Below, piece after piece: positions 1 to 9,976 of a DNA stretch of 55,656 nucleotides (position 1 is its first letter; every line of letters starts with the position of its first letter). Below the pieces are notes generated by a model. It had not been told where the DNA came from, did no database searches, and was given only the letters and a program-made list of their open reading frames with translations. The stretch is from Sulfurospirillum sp. (GTDB taxonomy: Bacteria; Campylobacterota; Campylobacteria; Campylobacterales; QNZT01): positions 1-55,656 of the forward strand of contig JANTHT010000002.1 of assembly GCA_024762235.1 (NCBI GenBank). Reading direction: 5' to 3'. The position numbers were made by a program, and so were the translations under genes.

Positions 1-84
1 TTTACTCCTATTTAGTTATTATTACATTGTCACTACGAAGTTAGTGACGATTGACAGCCAGGAAAGTCATTCATCACAGTCTGA

Positions 85-120
85 GAGAGAGGATCTTTCG
101 CCTCCTTTAGGTCCTCTCTC
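85..120. terminator. Stem-loop overlapping the stop codon of the DUF255 gene; candidate terminator
   Basis: GAGAGAGGA (85..93) pairs with TCCTCTCTC (112..120) and can extend by 2-3 more pairs. On the + strand it is followed by ATTTTCCCCACTTTTTT. There is no clean U-tract on the - strand. Confidence 0.3.
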
Positions 121-2167
121 ATTTTCCCCACTTTTTTAACTCCTTTATCTCTTCATTGTTTACCACACCTTTTTGATGCGCTATCTTTTCGATCACCTTT
201 GTAAGATTCCTGTCGTAAAAGAAGCAACTCTGCATATCACACAGCAGCCAGAGCGGATTCTTCTCTACTTTTGTCAGTAAATAGGGATACTTTATCGCGG
301 CGATGCGACGCTTCCGGGCCAGCAACTTTTCACGGGTCGCTTTGAGGAGGATATCGCCATACTCCAGACGCAGCAGCAGATGGAGCGCATGCGGTGCCAT
401 ATCAAACGCCTGGAGGATATTCCCCTTCTCATGCGCGATCATCTTTTTGGTTTCAGCGAAACGCTTCAGATCGTATGTCATTGCGGAGAGGCGCAACTGA
501 TCGTCCAGCATGCGTGCCAGCGGTGTGGTATAGTACTTGTCCAGATAGCGCGTTCTGACACGCGGTGTGCCACTGTTGATATACCACTCCTTCCCGTCAT
601 AGAAGCGCGCTTTCGCCTCATCGGCAAGCTTTGTGGCGAGCGTGAGATAGTCTGTTTCATAACTCTGTTCATACGCTTCGATCAGTGCATCGACCAGAAA
701 GGCATAATCCTCAAGAAGCGCCCTTTTGGTCGGCTTCGCATCGCCGATCGTATAGTGCCAGAGACTTCCCTCGCGCATGTTGCGTCTCAAAAGCGCCCGC
801 AGCGACATGAGCCCCTCCTGCAGATAGTGCGGGTCGATCACCGAAGCCTGAAGCAGTGTCTTGACCATCATCGCATTCCATGAAGTGATCAGCTTCTTGT
901 CCCTGAAAGGGTACTTCCGTGCTTTGCGCAGATCCCGCAATATCTTCAGCACCGCATCTGCATGCTCTGGTGCTGCGTCGAAGCCGGTATTGCGCTGGAC
1001 ATTGCTGCGATCCTCTTTGAAGTTGCCCGGGTCGGTGATATCGTAGTACTCCAGCAACACCTCGATCTCCTCATCAGGAAAACCCCGCTTCTGCAGCGCT
1101 TTTTTCACCCTTGCATAGCGGTAGGTAAAGTAACCGCCCTCTTCCCCCATGCTGTCGGCATCGGTCGCGGCGTAAAAGAGCCCATGCGCCTCCAGCTTCT
1201 TATGATAGTGTGCGATTGTCTCCTGCACCACCCTTTTGTAGCGGGCGTTGTGTGTCAGCAGCCAGGCGCGTATGTAGACCTGCAGAAGTTCCGCGTTGGT
1301 ATAGAGCATCTTCTCGAAATGGGGCACCACCCAGTCAGGATCGGTCGCGTAGCGGAAAAATCCCCCCTCTACCTGATCGTAGATCCCGCCCAGCGCCATC
1401 GCAGTCAGTGTCTCGTCCGCCATCCTGAACGCTCTGGGGTCCCCGTCCAGACCGTAGATCTCCAGCAGCAGCATGAGATTGGATGCCATCGGGAAATGAG
1501 GCCTCCGGTCGAACCCTTTGTAGATCTTGTCGAAACGCTTCCACATCTTCGCGACATAACGCTGCGAGATGTTCCCATCCTCTGCAGTGAGAGTGTCGCG
1601 TTTCGGGGCAGAGGCGATCTTCGCCAGATTTTCCGCGACCATCTTCCGCTCTGCCGCAGGATCCAGACGATGCATTTTGGCAAAACGCGGCAGCAGCGTC
1701 TCCAGCCCCTCCACACCGTAACGTGCGGTATCGGGGATATAGGTACCCATGAAGAGTATCTCTCTTTCAGGCGTCATGAGGATCGTCAGAGGCCAGCCAT
1801 TGCGCCGGTGCTGCAGCTTCGAAAAGCGCACCTGATAATAGGTATCGATCTGCGGCATCTCCTCTTTGTCGACTTTGATACTGACATAGTCCCTGTTGAG
1901 CAGCGCGGCGATACGGGGATTTTCGAACGACTCCTGCTCCATCACATGACACCAGTGGCAGGTACTGAAGCCGATAGAGAGAAAGATGAGTCTCTTTTCA
2001 CGGCGCGCTTTGGCGAACGCTTCATCCCCGTAGGGGTACCAGTCGACCGGGTTGTGCGCATGCATACGCAGATAGGGCGAATCTTCATGGATCAGGGCGT
2101 TGGTGTGCCGGGGCGAGGCCCAGAGCATACAGGTGCAGAAGAGTAGAAACGGCAACAGACGAATCAA
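119..2167 (-). CDS. Secreted thioredoxin-domain protein, DUF255/YyaL family
   Basis: ORF 119..2215. The N-terminal block [16 protein letters not shown]...[20 protein letters not shown] is typical of DUF255/YyaL, followed by a long helical C-terminal part. The N-terminus [17 protein letters not shown] looks like a signal peptide. I set the start at TTG 2167 because AAGGAG lies 5 nt upstream and a TGgTAAAAT -10 lies at 2196..2204. ATG 2215 is the alternative. Confidence 0.8.
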   Translation of the reverse strand: MIRLLPFLLFCTCMLWASPRHTNALIHEDSPYLRMHAHNPVDWYPYGDEAFAKARREKRLIFLSIGFSTCHWCHVMEQESFENPRIAALLNRDYVSIKVDKEEMPQIDTYYQVRFSKLQHRRNGWPLTILMTPEREILFMGTYIPDTARYGVEGLETLLPRFAKMHRLDPAAERKMVAENLAKIASAPKRDTLTAEDGNISQRYVAKMWKRFDKIYKGFDRRPHFPMASNLMLLLEIYGLDGDPRAFRMADETLTAMALGGIYDQVEGGFFRYATDPDWVVPHFEKMLYTNAELLQVYIRAWLLTHNARYKRVVQETIAHYHKKLEAHGLFYAATDADSMGEEGGYFTYRYARVKKALQKRGFPDEEIEVLLEYYDITDPGNFKEDRSNVQRNTGFDAAPEHADAVLKILRDLRKARKYPFRDKKLITSWNAMMVKTLLQASVIDPHYLQEGLMSLRALLRRNMREGSLWHYTIGDAKPTKRALLEDYAFLVDALIEAYEQSYETDYLTLATKLADEAKARFYDGKEWYINSGTPRVRTRYLDKYYTTPLARMLDDQLRLSAMTYDLKRFAETKKMIAHEKGNILQAFDMAPHALHLLLRLEYGDILLKATREKLLARKRRIAAIKYPYLLTKVEKNPLWLLCDMQSCFFYDRNLTKVIEKIAHQKGVVNNEEIKELKKWGK

Positions 2168-2195
2168 AAAGGCTCCTTGTGAGAATGGTTTCGCT

Positions 2196-2204
2196 ATTTT
2201 ACCA
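2196..2204 (-). promoter_or_regulatory. Extended -10 element (TGgTAAAAT) for the DUF255 gene
   Basis: The reverse complement of ATTTTACCA reads TGGTAAAAT. It lies about 29 nt upstream of the TTG start and downstream of the ORF-track ATG at 2215. Confidence 0.35.
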
Positions 2205-2221
2205 TACCTACCCATACCTAC
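2202..2221. repeat. Tandem 10-bp direct repeat CCATACCTAC x2
   Basis: Read directly: accatacctacccatacctacgcg. The repeat overlaps the candidate -10 of the divergent DUF255 gene. Confidence 0.8.
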
Positions 2222-2268
2222 GCGCAGTGTTACGCTTGCCGCGAAAGGCTGTGTTAGCAGGGTTTGGG

Positions 2269-2274
2269 TATAAT
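2269..2274 (+). promoter_or_regulatory. Candidate -10 box TATAAT upstream of flgA
   Basis: gggTATAATttc lies 43 nt upstream of ATG 2317. No -35 element was evaluated. Confidence 0.3.
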
Positions 2275-2316
2275 TTCTGCTTTACTACTTAAAATAGTTA
2301 CTAAAGGCGTCAATTC

Positions 2317-2991
2317 ATGAAAATACTTTTTCTGATACTCCTGTTTTCGCTCGGGCTCTTCGCCACCTCCGCACAGGAGAGTGAAATCCGCTCGGCAATC
2401 ATGAAAAAGTTTCAGCAAGCCTATCCGACCATGCAGATCGATCACCTGAAGATCGGGCCTGTCTCTTCCCTCTACCGAAAGCTTGGCGATTACCGCGTCA
2501 GCGATGTCACCCTTACCCCGGACGATCTGAAACGCAGCCGGGGCAATGCGATGGTCACCTTCACCAGGGGTGCCAAAAAACGCAAACTCTACTTCAAGTA
2601 CCGCCTCGGTGCGGAGATCACCCTCTATACCGCAGCGACCGATCTGCAGAGAGGACGTGCCATCACCCCGGAAACCGTTCTGCAAAAAACGCTCCCCTTC
2701 ACGACGCTCTACCACAAACCGATCACCGAAGAAGCCTTTTACCACTATGTCGCCCGGCGTACTATCAAAGCCGATACGATCCTCTCCCCCGACAAGCTCA
2801 AAAAACGCACCGATATCCAGCGAAACGACAAAGTGAACGCGCGCATCAGTGACGGCGGCGTCTCCCTCTCTTTCGAAGCGACGGCACTGCAGGCGGGCAA
2901 CGTCGGGGATATCATCAAAATCCGCAAAGATTACAAACGGCGGTTCAAAGCGCGTGTCCTCTCCAACACACAGGTGGAGGTGCTTCAGTGA
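2317..2991 (+). CDS. flgA: Flagellar basal-body P-ring formation chaperone FlgA
   Basis: The ORF has a signal peptide MKILFLILLFSLGLFATSA and a C-terminal SAF/FlgA-type segment GNVGDIIKIRKDYKRRFKARVLSNTQVEV. Its position upstream of ubiX-coaD-tmk-hisS matches the Campylobacter flgA neighbourhood as I recall it. Confidence 0.7.
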   Translation: MKILFLILLFSLGLFATSAQESEIRSAIMKKFQQAYPTMQIDHLKIGPVSSLYRKLGDYRVSDVTLTPDDLKRSRGNAMVTFTRGAKKRKLYFKYRLGAEITLYTAATDLQRGRAITPETVLQKTLPFTTLYHKPITEEAFYHYVARRTIKADTILSPDKLKKRTDIQRNDKVNARISDGGVSLSFEATALQAGNVGDIIKIRKDYKRRFKARVLSNTQVEVLQ

Positions 2992-3521
2992 GACTCATCG
3001 TCGCGATCACCGGTGCCAGCGGCGTGCGTCTGGGAAAACGTTTCGTCGAAGCCCTGCCCGATGCGATCGAAAAACAGCTCATCCTCAGCCAGAACGCACG
3101 CACCGTATTTGAAAAAGAGCACCATGTCGCAAATCTGCACATCCTGGACAATGACGATATCGCAGCCCCCGTCGCATCGGGCTCTTTCAAATGCGACGCG
3201 ATGGCGGTCATCCCCACGTCGATGAACACACTCGCCAAGATCGCTTGCGGTATCGCCGACAACCTCACCACACGCGCCGCCGCCGTACAGATCAAAGAGC
3301 AGCGAAAACTGCTGCTCGCCCCCAGAGAGATGCCTTTTTCACCTGTCGCTTTGGAAAATATGCTAAAATTAGCCCGCTTACAGATCATCATCGCGCCGCC
3401 GGTTCCCGGTTACTACGCCTCCATCGGGACGCTGGAACAGATGGAAGATTTCATGATCGGAAAGTGGTTCGATCTGCTGGGCATCGAACACAGACTATTT
3501 CAACGCTGGGGAGAAACATGA
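2988..3521 (+). CDS. ubiX: Flavin prenyltransferase UbiX family (prenyl-FMN synthase)
   Basis: The GTG start overlaps the flgA stop (GTGA). The N-terminus [16 protein letters not shown] and the blocks [24 protein letters not shown] and [17 protein letters not shown] are typical of UbiX/Pad1. Confidence 0.9.
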   Translation: MRLIVAITGASGVRLGKRFVEALPDAIEKQLILSQNARTVFEKEHHVANLHILDNDDIAAPVASGSFKCDAMAVIPTSMNTLAKIACGIADNLTTRAAAVQIKEQRKLLLAPREMPFSPVALENMLKLARLQIIIAPPVPGYYASIGTLEQMEDFMIGKWFDLLGIEHRLFQRWGET

Positions 3522-4012
3522 AGCCTAAAATCGCCCTCTATCCGGGTACATTCGATCCTATCACCAACGGACATATCGATATCATCGAACGTGCCGGCAA
3601 CATCTTCGACGGTGTGATCGTCGCCGTCGCCGAGTCGAGCGCCAAACAGCCGATGTTCCCGCTTGACAAACGTAAAAAACTGATCGAAATCGCCACGGCG
3701 CACTGTAAAAATCTCCAAATCATCAGCTTTGACAATCTTCTCGTCGATCTGGCCGAAGAGATCGGCACCAAGATCATCGTCAGAGGACTGCGCGCCGTCA
3801 GTGACTTCGAGTATGAACTCCAGATGGGATATGCCAACGCGTCGCTCGATCCGGAGATCGAAACCATCTACCTCATGCCCAACCTCCCCAACGCTTTCAT
3901 CAGCTCCTCAGTAGTGCGCACCATTCTCTGTCACAACGGCAATGTCTCCCATCTCGTACCCAAAAGCATCATGCCGCTTCTAAAGAGTGAGAACGATGTA
4001 CTTGATATTTGA
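3518..4012 (+). CDS. coaD: Phosphopantetheine adenylyltransferase
   Basis: The protein starts [29 protein letters not shown] 3518 is in frame with track ORF 3191..4012, and the upstream extension only overlaps ubiX out of frame. There is an ATGA overlap with ubiX. Confidence 0.9.
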   Translation: MKPKIALYPGTFDPITNGHIDIIERAGNIFDGVIVAVAESSAKQPMFPLDKRKKLIEIATAHCKNLQIISFDNLLVDLAEEIGTKIIVRGLRAVSDFEYELQMGYANASLDPEIETIYLMPNLPNAFISSSVVRTILCHNGNVSHLVPKSIMPLLKSENDVLDI

Positions 4013-4571
4013 GGGGGTCGATACCAGCGGTAAAAGCACCCAGGCCGCACTGCTCAAAGAGAGCTATCCCGACGCCATCCTCACCAAAGAGCCGGGCGGT
4101 ACGAAGCTGGGCGGCGAGATCCGCCGTCTGATCCTCCATGAAGGTGTACAAAACCACAAAACGGAGCTCTTTCTCTTTCTGGCGGACCGGGCCGAACACT
4201 ACGCGGAAGTGATCCTGCCCCACCGTGACAGACTCGTCATCAGCGATCGCGGGTTTATCTCGGGGATCGCCTATGCGATGGCCAACCACCCCGAATACCG
4301 CCTCGACTTCCTGCTTGAACTCAACCGCTTCGCACTCGACGACACCCTCCCCGATCTCGTCATTCTCCTCAAAACGAATGAAGCTCTGATACGCCAGCGC
4401 TTAAGTAAAAAATCGGAAGATATGATCGAAAAGAGAGGCATCGACTATCTGCTGCAGGTACAGCGGAACATGATCGATATCTTAAAGCAAATCAATATAA
4501 AATACCACATCTACGATGCTTCCGAACCGATCGGAACTATCCATCAAAAGATCAAAGGGTTACTCGCATGA
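3996..4571 (+). CDS. tmk: Thymidylate kinase
   Basis: P-loop [16 protein letters not shown] and the [10 protein letters not shown] block. The start is either ATG 3996 or GTG 3987, and either one overlaps the coaD 3' end. Confidence 0.85.
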   Translation: MYLIFEGVDTSGKSTQAALLKESYPDAILTKEPGGTKLGGEIRRLILHEGVQNHKTELFLFLADRAEHYAEVILPHRDRLVISDRGFISGIAYAMANHPEYRLDFLLELNRFALDDTLPDLVILLKTNEALIRQRLSKKSEDMIEKRGIDYLLQVQRNMIDILKQINIKYHIYDASEPIGTIHQKIKGLLA

Positions 4572-5770
4572 TAACGGCACTTCGCGGCATGAAAGATATT
4601 CTGCCGCCGCAAAACCAGAAATTTGTCTATTTCCTCGAAAACGCCTCTGCCATCGCACGGCGATACGGTTTCGAATTTATCGAGACGCCGATCCTGGAGG
4701 AGACCGCTCTCTTCAAACGCAGTGTCGGAGAAAGCAGCGATATCGTCGGCAAGGAGATGTACCAGTTTATCGACAAGGGGGGACATGACGTCTGCCTGCG
4801 TCCGGAAGGGACCGCCGGCGTCGTTCGCGCTTTCATCGAAAAGAAGTATGACCGTCAGGGCGGTATCCACCGCTTCTTCTACCACGGGCCCATGTTTCGC
4901 TACGAGCGTCCCCAGAAAGGGCGACTGCGTCAGTTTCATCAGTTCGGTGTGGAGAGTTTCGGTGTCTCGAGCCACTTCGAAGATGCCAACATCATCCTGA
5001 TGCTCAAAGAGATTCTCGACTTTTTCGGTATCAACTACACCCTCAAACTCAACTCGCTGGGTTGCAGCACATGCATGCCGCCCTACCGGGAAAGACTCGT
5101 CACATTTCTCGATACGATCGAAGATGCCCTCTGCGAAGATTGCCGAAGACGCAAATCGACCAACCCGATCCGTGTCTTCGACTGTAAAAACGAAAAGTGT
5201 CAGCAACTGCTTGAACCGGCACCCAGACTGCGGCAAAATCTCTGTGAAGTGTGCGATACCCACTTCAATGCCCTTCTGAGCCTGCTCGATCAGCAAGGGA
5301 TCTCCTACGAGATCGATCCCAACCTCGTACGCGGACTCGACTACTACAACAAAACCGCTTTCGAATTTGTCAGCGGCGATCTGGGTGCGCAAAATGCCGT
5401 CGCCGGTGGCGGCCGCTACGACAAACTGGTCAGCTTTCTGGACGGCAAAGAGACACCAGCCATCGGTTTTGCGATCGGTATAGAGCGCCTGATGGAGATG
5501 ATAGAAGTACCGCGTCAGGAGAGAGAGGGATACTACTTCGGTGCCCTCTGCGAAGAGGCACTGACACCACTCTTTCTCGCGGCATCGAAAGAGCGGGAAC
5601 ATGACAAAGTAACGATGGGATACGACGTCAAAAGCCTCAGGGCACACCTCAAGGCAGCTGACAAAGCGGGTGCCCGATACTGCGCCGTCATCGGTGAAAA
5701 CGAGCTCGCTGCAAAGAAGATCTGGGTCAAAGATCTCGAGGCGAAAACTGAAGAGATGCGAGAGCTCTGA
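4568..5770 (+). CDS. hisS: Histidine--tRNA ligase
   Basis: Class II aaRS/HisRS blocks GMKDILP, LRPEGTAGVVRAF, FRYERPQKGRLRQFHQ and AGGGRYD. ATGA overlap with tmk. Confidence 0.95.
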   Translation: MITALRGMKDILPPQNQKFVYFLENASAIARRYGFEFIETPILEETALFKRSVGESSDIVGKEMYQFIDKGGHDVCLRPEGTAGVVRAFIEKKYDRQGGIHRFFYHGPMFRYERPQKGRLRQFHQFGVESFGVSSHFEDANIILMLKEILDFFGINYTLKLNSLGCSTCMPPYRERLVTFLDTIEDALCEDCRRRKSTNPIRVFDCKNEKCQQLLEPAPRLRQNLCEVCDTHFNALLSLLDQQGISYEIDPNLVRGLDYYNKTAFEFVSGDLGAQNAVAGGGRYDKLVSFLDGKETPAIGFAIGIERLMEMIEVPRQEREGYYFGALCEEALTPLFLAASKEREHDKVTMGYDVKSLRAHLKAADKAGARYCAVIGENELAAKKIWVKDLEAKTEEMREL

Positions 5771-5777
5771 AAAGACG

Positions 5778-7607
5778 ATGCAGCGATACGGTATCGAGAT
5801 CTGGGGCGAAAACAATTTCGTCATCATAGAGGATAAAGTCTGCATCAACCACCGCAGCCGTCCGGCCATCTTCGACATCGTACAGGATATACGCGAACAG
5901 GGATCCAACGGACCGCTGCTGCTGCGATTTCCCCATTTGATCAGAAAACAGATCAATGCGATCTTCACGACATTTCACAACGCTTTTGAAGAGCTCGACT
6001 ACCAGGGCGATTTTCATGCCGTCTTCCCCCTCAAAGTCAACCAGTATCCCGACTTTCTGATGCCTTTACTGCAGGCGGGCAAAGCGTACGGCTACGGTCT
6101 GGAAGCCGGTTCCAAAGCCGAACTCATCATCGCGATGAGCTATATCCAGGAGGGTGCGCCGATCACTGTCAACGGCTTCAAGGACAAAGAGATGATCGAG
6201 CTGGGATTTCTCTCTGCGAAGATGGGGCACGAGATCACACTCACCATCGAAGGGATCAACGAACTCGAATCGATCATCGAAGTGGCGGATGAGATGGGCA
6301 CGCCGGTACCCAACATAGGCATCCGCATCAAACTGCACAGTACGGGGTCGGGTATCTGGAGCAAGAGCGGCGGCATCAACTCCAAGTTCGGGCTCACCTC
6401 CACGGAGCTCCTCGAAGCGATGGAGTTGCTGCGTACGCATAACCTGCTGGAGCGCTTTACGATGCTACACTTCCATATCGGGTCGCAGATGACACAGATC
6501 GGCAATCTCAAAAAGGCGCTGCGCGAAGCGGGAAATATCTACGCCGATCTGCTCAATATGGGGGCGCTGAATCTCAACAGCATCAATCTCGGGGGTGGCC
6601 TCGGTGTCGAATATACCCAGAACGAAGCCTATCCCGAAGTGACCTACTCTCTCAAGGAGTATGCCAGCGACACCACCTTCACCCTGCAGCAGATCGCCAG
6701 AGCCAAGGGGGTCAGGGAACCCGATATCCTGATCGAATCGGGACGCTTTATCGCCGCTTCGCATGCGGTTCTTGTGGCACCTGTCTTTGAACTCTTCAGC
6801 GAAGAGTATTCCATCAAAGCGCTGCGTCTGAAAGAGCAGAACCCGCCGCTGATCGAAGAGCTACACGAACTCTACAAATTTATCAAACCTGAAAATGCCC
6901 TGGAGTATCTGCACGACAGCATCGACCATCTCAACTCGCTGATGACCCTCTTCAACCTCGGGTATATCGATCTGACCGACCGGTCCAACAGTGAGATTCT
7001 GACCCACCTGATCATCAGAAAAGCGATCGTTCTACTGAAAAACAAACCGGTCAGGGAGTTGCTCCAGATTCAGGACAAGATCCAGGAGAAGTATCTTGTC
7101 AACTTCTCCATATTTCAAAGCCTTCCCGACTTCTGGGGACTTGCACAACACTTTCCCGTCATGCCTCTCTCCAAACTCGATACCATGCCTACGCGCTCCG
7201 CCAGCCTCTGGGATATCACATGCGACAGTGACGGAGAGATCGACTTCGACAACAAAAACCCCCTCTTTCTGCACAGTGTCGATCTCGACGAGGAGGAGTA
7301 TTTTCTCGGCTTTTTCAAAGTCGGCGCCTATCAGGAGGTGCTGGGTATGAAACACAACCTCTTTACACGCCCCACTACCGCAACGATCGCGATCGACGAA
7401 GAGGGGTACCGCATCGAGGAGCTGGTCAAGAGTGATCCGCTTATCGATATTTTAGAAGATTTAAACTATAATCCACTCACGATCCAGAACCGCCTTCTGG
7501 AAAATATTCAAAACTCTGTACATATCGATGCGCAGACCCGTGCAGAGATCTATCGAAGGATGGAATCATTCTTGCACGAGAATGGGTATCTGAAAACGTT
7601 CAACTAG
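5778..7607 (+). CDS. speA: Biosynthetic arginine decarboxylase
   Basis: Starts MQRYGIEIWGENNF; contains the FPLKVNQ PLP-lysine block, HFHIGSQ and GGGLGVEY. ATG 5778 is in frame with track ORF 5670..7607, whose upstream part overlaps hisS. Confidence 0.9.
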   Translation: MQRYGIEIWGENNFVIIEDKVCINHRSRPAIFDIVQDIREQGSNGPLLLRFPHLIRKQINAIFTTFHNAFEELDYQGDFHAVFPLKVNQYPDFLMPLLQAGKAYGYGLEAGSKAELIIAMSYIQEGAPITVNGFKDKEMIELGFLSAKMGHEITLTIEGINELESIIEVADEMGTPVPNIGIRIKLHSTGSGIWSKSGGINSKFGLTSTELLEAMELLRTHNLLERFTMLHFHIGSQMTQIGNLKKALREAGNIYADLLNMGALNLNSINLGGGLGVEYTQNEAYPEVTYSLKEYASDTTFTLQQIARAKGVREPDILIESGRFIAASHAVLVAPVFELFSEEYSIKALRLKEQNPPLIEELHELYKFIKPENALEYLHDSIDHLNSLMTLFNLGYIDLTDRSNSEILTHLIIRKAIVLLKNKPVRELLQIQDKIQEKYLVNFSIFQSLPDFWGLAQHFPVMPLSKLDTMPTRSASLWDITCDSDGEIDFDNKNPLFLHSVDLDEEEYFLGFFKVGAYQEVLGMKHNLFTRPTTATIAIDEEGYRIEELVKSDPLIDILEDLNYNPLTIQNRLLENIQNSVHIDAQTRAEIYRRMESFLHENGYLKTFN

Positions 7608-7614
7608 AGGAACA

Positions 7615-8331
7615 ATGAAAAAAATATCACTTTGGCAACTGATTAAAGAGGATTTGCAAACTCCCTGGGTCAACGACCCCGCCATCAGATCCAGGTTTGA
7701 GATCTTCTTCAACTATCCCGGCATCTGGACCATCATCCACTACCGGGTGGCGCATGCCCTCTACAATCGCGGCTTCCATTTCCTCTCCCGTATTCTGATG
7801 GGTATCACCCAGATGATCACCAACATCGATATCCACCCCCGTTGCAAGATCGGACGGCGCGTCTTTATCGACCACGGTTTCGGCGTCGTCATCGGCGAAA
7901 CTGCGGAAATCGGAGACGACGTACTGATCTATCAGGGTGTCACCCTGGGCGGTGTGAGTCTCGACAAAGATGTCAAACGCCACCCTACCGTCAAAAACGG
8001 TGCCGTCATCAGCGCGGGAGCGAAAGTGCTGGGAAACATCACGATCGGTAAAAATGCGAAAGTCGGCGCCAACTCCGTCGTCATCAAAAATGTTCCCGAC
8101 GACTCCACCGCAGTCGGTATACCTGCGCGTATCATCAGAAAAGGCAAAGACCAGTCGCAGCTGAGCCATAACAAGATCCCCGATATCAACAAAGAGCTTT
8201 TTATCTATCTCTCCAAACGTATCGCCCTGCTCGAAGAGGCGATCAGCAGCCATCATGAAGAGATCATCCCCAAACGGGAAGAGGAACTCGAGCAGATCTA
8301 CAAAGAGTTTATCTCATCGATGAACGATTGA
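7615..8331 (+). CDS. cysE: Serine O-acetyltransferase
   Basis: IDIHP motif followed by hexapeptide beta-helix repeats (IGETAEIGDDVLIYQGVTLGG, GAKVLGNITIGKNAKVGANSVV). Confidence 0.85.
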   Translation: MKKISLWQLIKEDLQTPWVNDPAIRSRFEIFFNYPGIWTIIHYRVAHALYNRGFHFLSRILMGITQMITNIDIHPRCKIGRRVFIDHGFGVVIGETAEIGDDVLIYQGVTLGGVSLDKDVKRHPTVKNGAVISAGAKVLGNITIGKNAKVGANSVVIKNVPDDSTAVGIPARIIRKGKDQSQLSHNKIPDINKELFIYLSKRIALLEEAISSHHEEIIPKREEELEQIYKEFISSMND

Positions 8332-9922
8332 GCAGCGGCATCTGGATCGCATCGTAGCCATAGAAATCTTTTCGGAAGTTAATACGGCCCGCACCATCCA
8401 CAAATGCAGTCAAATAGCGTATATGTATCGGAACCTTGCGCTTCAGTCGGATATGGGCCGTCTTGCCCGATGCGATGATATCGAGCAGCCGATCATAGCT
8501 GTATCGCGTATAGGGTGAGAGCAGCGCGAGAAGTTTATAGGGTTCTGCGAGGCGGATACATCCCGAACTGTAGAGCCGATAACGCAGTGTCGTCAACTTT
8601 TTCGCATTCGTATCATGCAGATAGACATGGTACCTGTTTGGGAAGATAAATTTCATCGCGCCCAGCACATTCTTCTCTCCCGCCTTCTGCACCATCCGAT
8701 AGGGGATCCGCCCTTCGTAGTTGAGATATTTTGACCAGTCAACCTTTTCGGGATCGATCTCTTTGCCGCCTCTGTAGATATGGATATCGTCTCTCAGAAG
8801 CGATGCGGGATCCTCCGCCAGATGGGGAATATAATCTTTCTTCATAAGATTCTGCGGGATACTCCAGGACGGATTGAGTACGATATACTCCAGCACATCT
8901 CTGAAGATCGGTGTCGGTCTGTCTTCACGCCCGATAACGACCGGGATCTCATCCATAAGCGTGCCATCTTCGAAAAACTGCAGAATAAAACCCGGTATAT
9001 TGATGATCACATGTGTGTCGTTCACTATACGGGGAAAGAGTTTGTAACGTTCGATATTGAGATGGATCAGCGCCGCTTTATCCTGGGCACTTCTCCTGGC
9101 ATAGAGTACATTGACCCGGTCGAAAATGCCGTTTTGTTTCAGATAGTGGCGCTTTTGGAAACGCAGCACCGCCTGCTCCAGTTTTTCGTCAAATGTAGGA
9201 AAATCAAGATACTTCGGGTCACTCTCCGCCAAATCACCTGTGACATGCAAATAATGTTTCAGCTGCGCGACTTCATATCCATAATCCCCTCTTTTCAAAT
9301 CTTTAAGATAGTCGATCTTCGGAAATCGCATGGTACGGTATCGGTGATAGGCCTCAACAAGAGCCCTAAATGCCTTCTCGGCGGGCGGATATCGCGTCAG
9401 TATGGACTGGATACGATGGGTTCGCAGCGCTTTTTTCAAGTCTGAGAGATAATGCGGTTTACGTGGGTTTGGTTCCCACACAAGCCCCTTTTCCCCATAT
9501 TCTTGCACGATTTCGAAAAAACGTTTCGCGTCAATCTCTCCTTCGTAAAGAAACTTTGCAAAGGAGATAAACTGATCACTCGCCAGCAGATCGAGCTTTG
9601 CTCTGGAAGCGGGATCGAGCGGTTCAAGCGCCATGCGTGCGCGCATCTGACGCAATGGTGCAGTATGCAGAGGCAACTGCAGATAGTTATATTTCGGATC
9701 TTCCGAGAGTGCAAGCAGCGCATCGAGATCGGTTCGATTCCAGAGTATCGTGTATCGCTTCTGATGATAGAGTGCACCGAGTTCTTCGACATTGACGATT
9801 TCGGGATTTTCAGAGAGTGCTTCGAGTAGCTCTTCTTTGCAACAGTGGCTGTTCGCAGACGCAAAAAGCGGCAATGCCCATACAAGCAAGAGGGTCAAAA
9901 TAACATATTGTCTGGTTCTCAT
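8309..9922 (-). CDS. L,D-transpeptidase, YcbB-like (PG-binding region plus YkuD domain)
   Basis: Signal peptide MRTRQYVILTLLLVWALPLFASA. PG-binding-like segment AVLRFQKRHYLKQNGIFD. YkuD catalytic block YLHDTNAKKL...YSSGCIRL. Confidence 0.8.
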   Translation of the reverse strand: MRTRQYVILTLLLVWALPLFASANSHCCKEELLEALSENPEIVNVEELGALYHQKRYTILWNRTDLDALLALSEDPKYNYLQLPLHTAPLRQMRARMALEPLDPASRAKLDLLASDQFISFAKFLYEGEIDAKRFFEIVQEYGEKGLVWEPNPRKPHYLSDLKKALRTHRIQSILTRYPPAEKAFRALVEAYHRYRTMRFPKIDYLKDLKRGDYGYEVAQLKHYLHVTGDLAESDPKYLDFPTFDEKLEQAVLRFQKRHYLKQNGIFDRVNVLYARRSAQDKAALIHLNIERYKLFPRIVNDTHVIINIPGFILQFFEDGTLMDEIPVVIGREDRPTPIFRDVLEYIVLNPSWSIPQNLMKKDYIPHLAEDPASLLRDDIHIYRGGKEIDPEKVDWSKYLNYEGRIPYRMVQKAGEKNVLGAMKFIFPNRYHVYLHDTNAKKLTTLRYRLYSSGCIRLAEPYKLLALLSPYTRYSYDRLLDIIASGKTAHIRLKRKVPIHIRYLTAFVDGAGRINFRKDFYGYDAIQMPLLNRSSMR

Positions 9923-9976
9923 GCAGGTGTCAGAGGGATTGGCGAAGGATTCGATACCCCTTCGCCATTGGAATGA

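Noticed and set aside
962-2146. Very long antisense ORFs throughout the track: 962..2146 (+), 4544..5968 (-), 10983..12272 (+), 15174..16694 (+), 16751..18061 (+), 35193..36158 (+), 41185..42360 (+), 46101..46934 (-), 47768..48778 (-), 52029..52880 (-) and others. In principle these could be overlapping genes.
   Set aside because: Each lies opposite a gene with unmistakable conserved motifs. Their translations are low-complexity (rich in R, D, F, V, H), with no motifs, RBS or promoter. The genome's GC3-biased codon usage avoids TTA, CTA and TCA codons, which removes stop codons from the antisense frame. These are classic shadow ORFs.
3191-3517. N-terminal extensions of track ORFs: 3191..4012, 5670..7607, 22477..23121, 24052..24885, 31661..32788, 51951..52985 and 38117..38707.
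   Set aside because: The extensions overlap the preceding gene out of frame or run into promoters, and they have Arg-rich nonsense composition. Internal starts reproduce the canonical N-termini and give ATGA/TGATG coupling or good RBS spacing.
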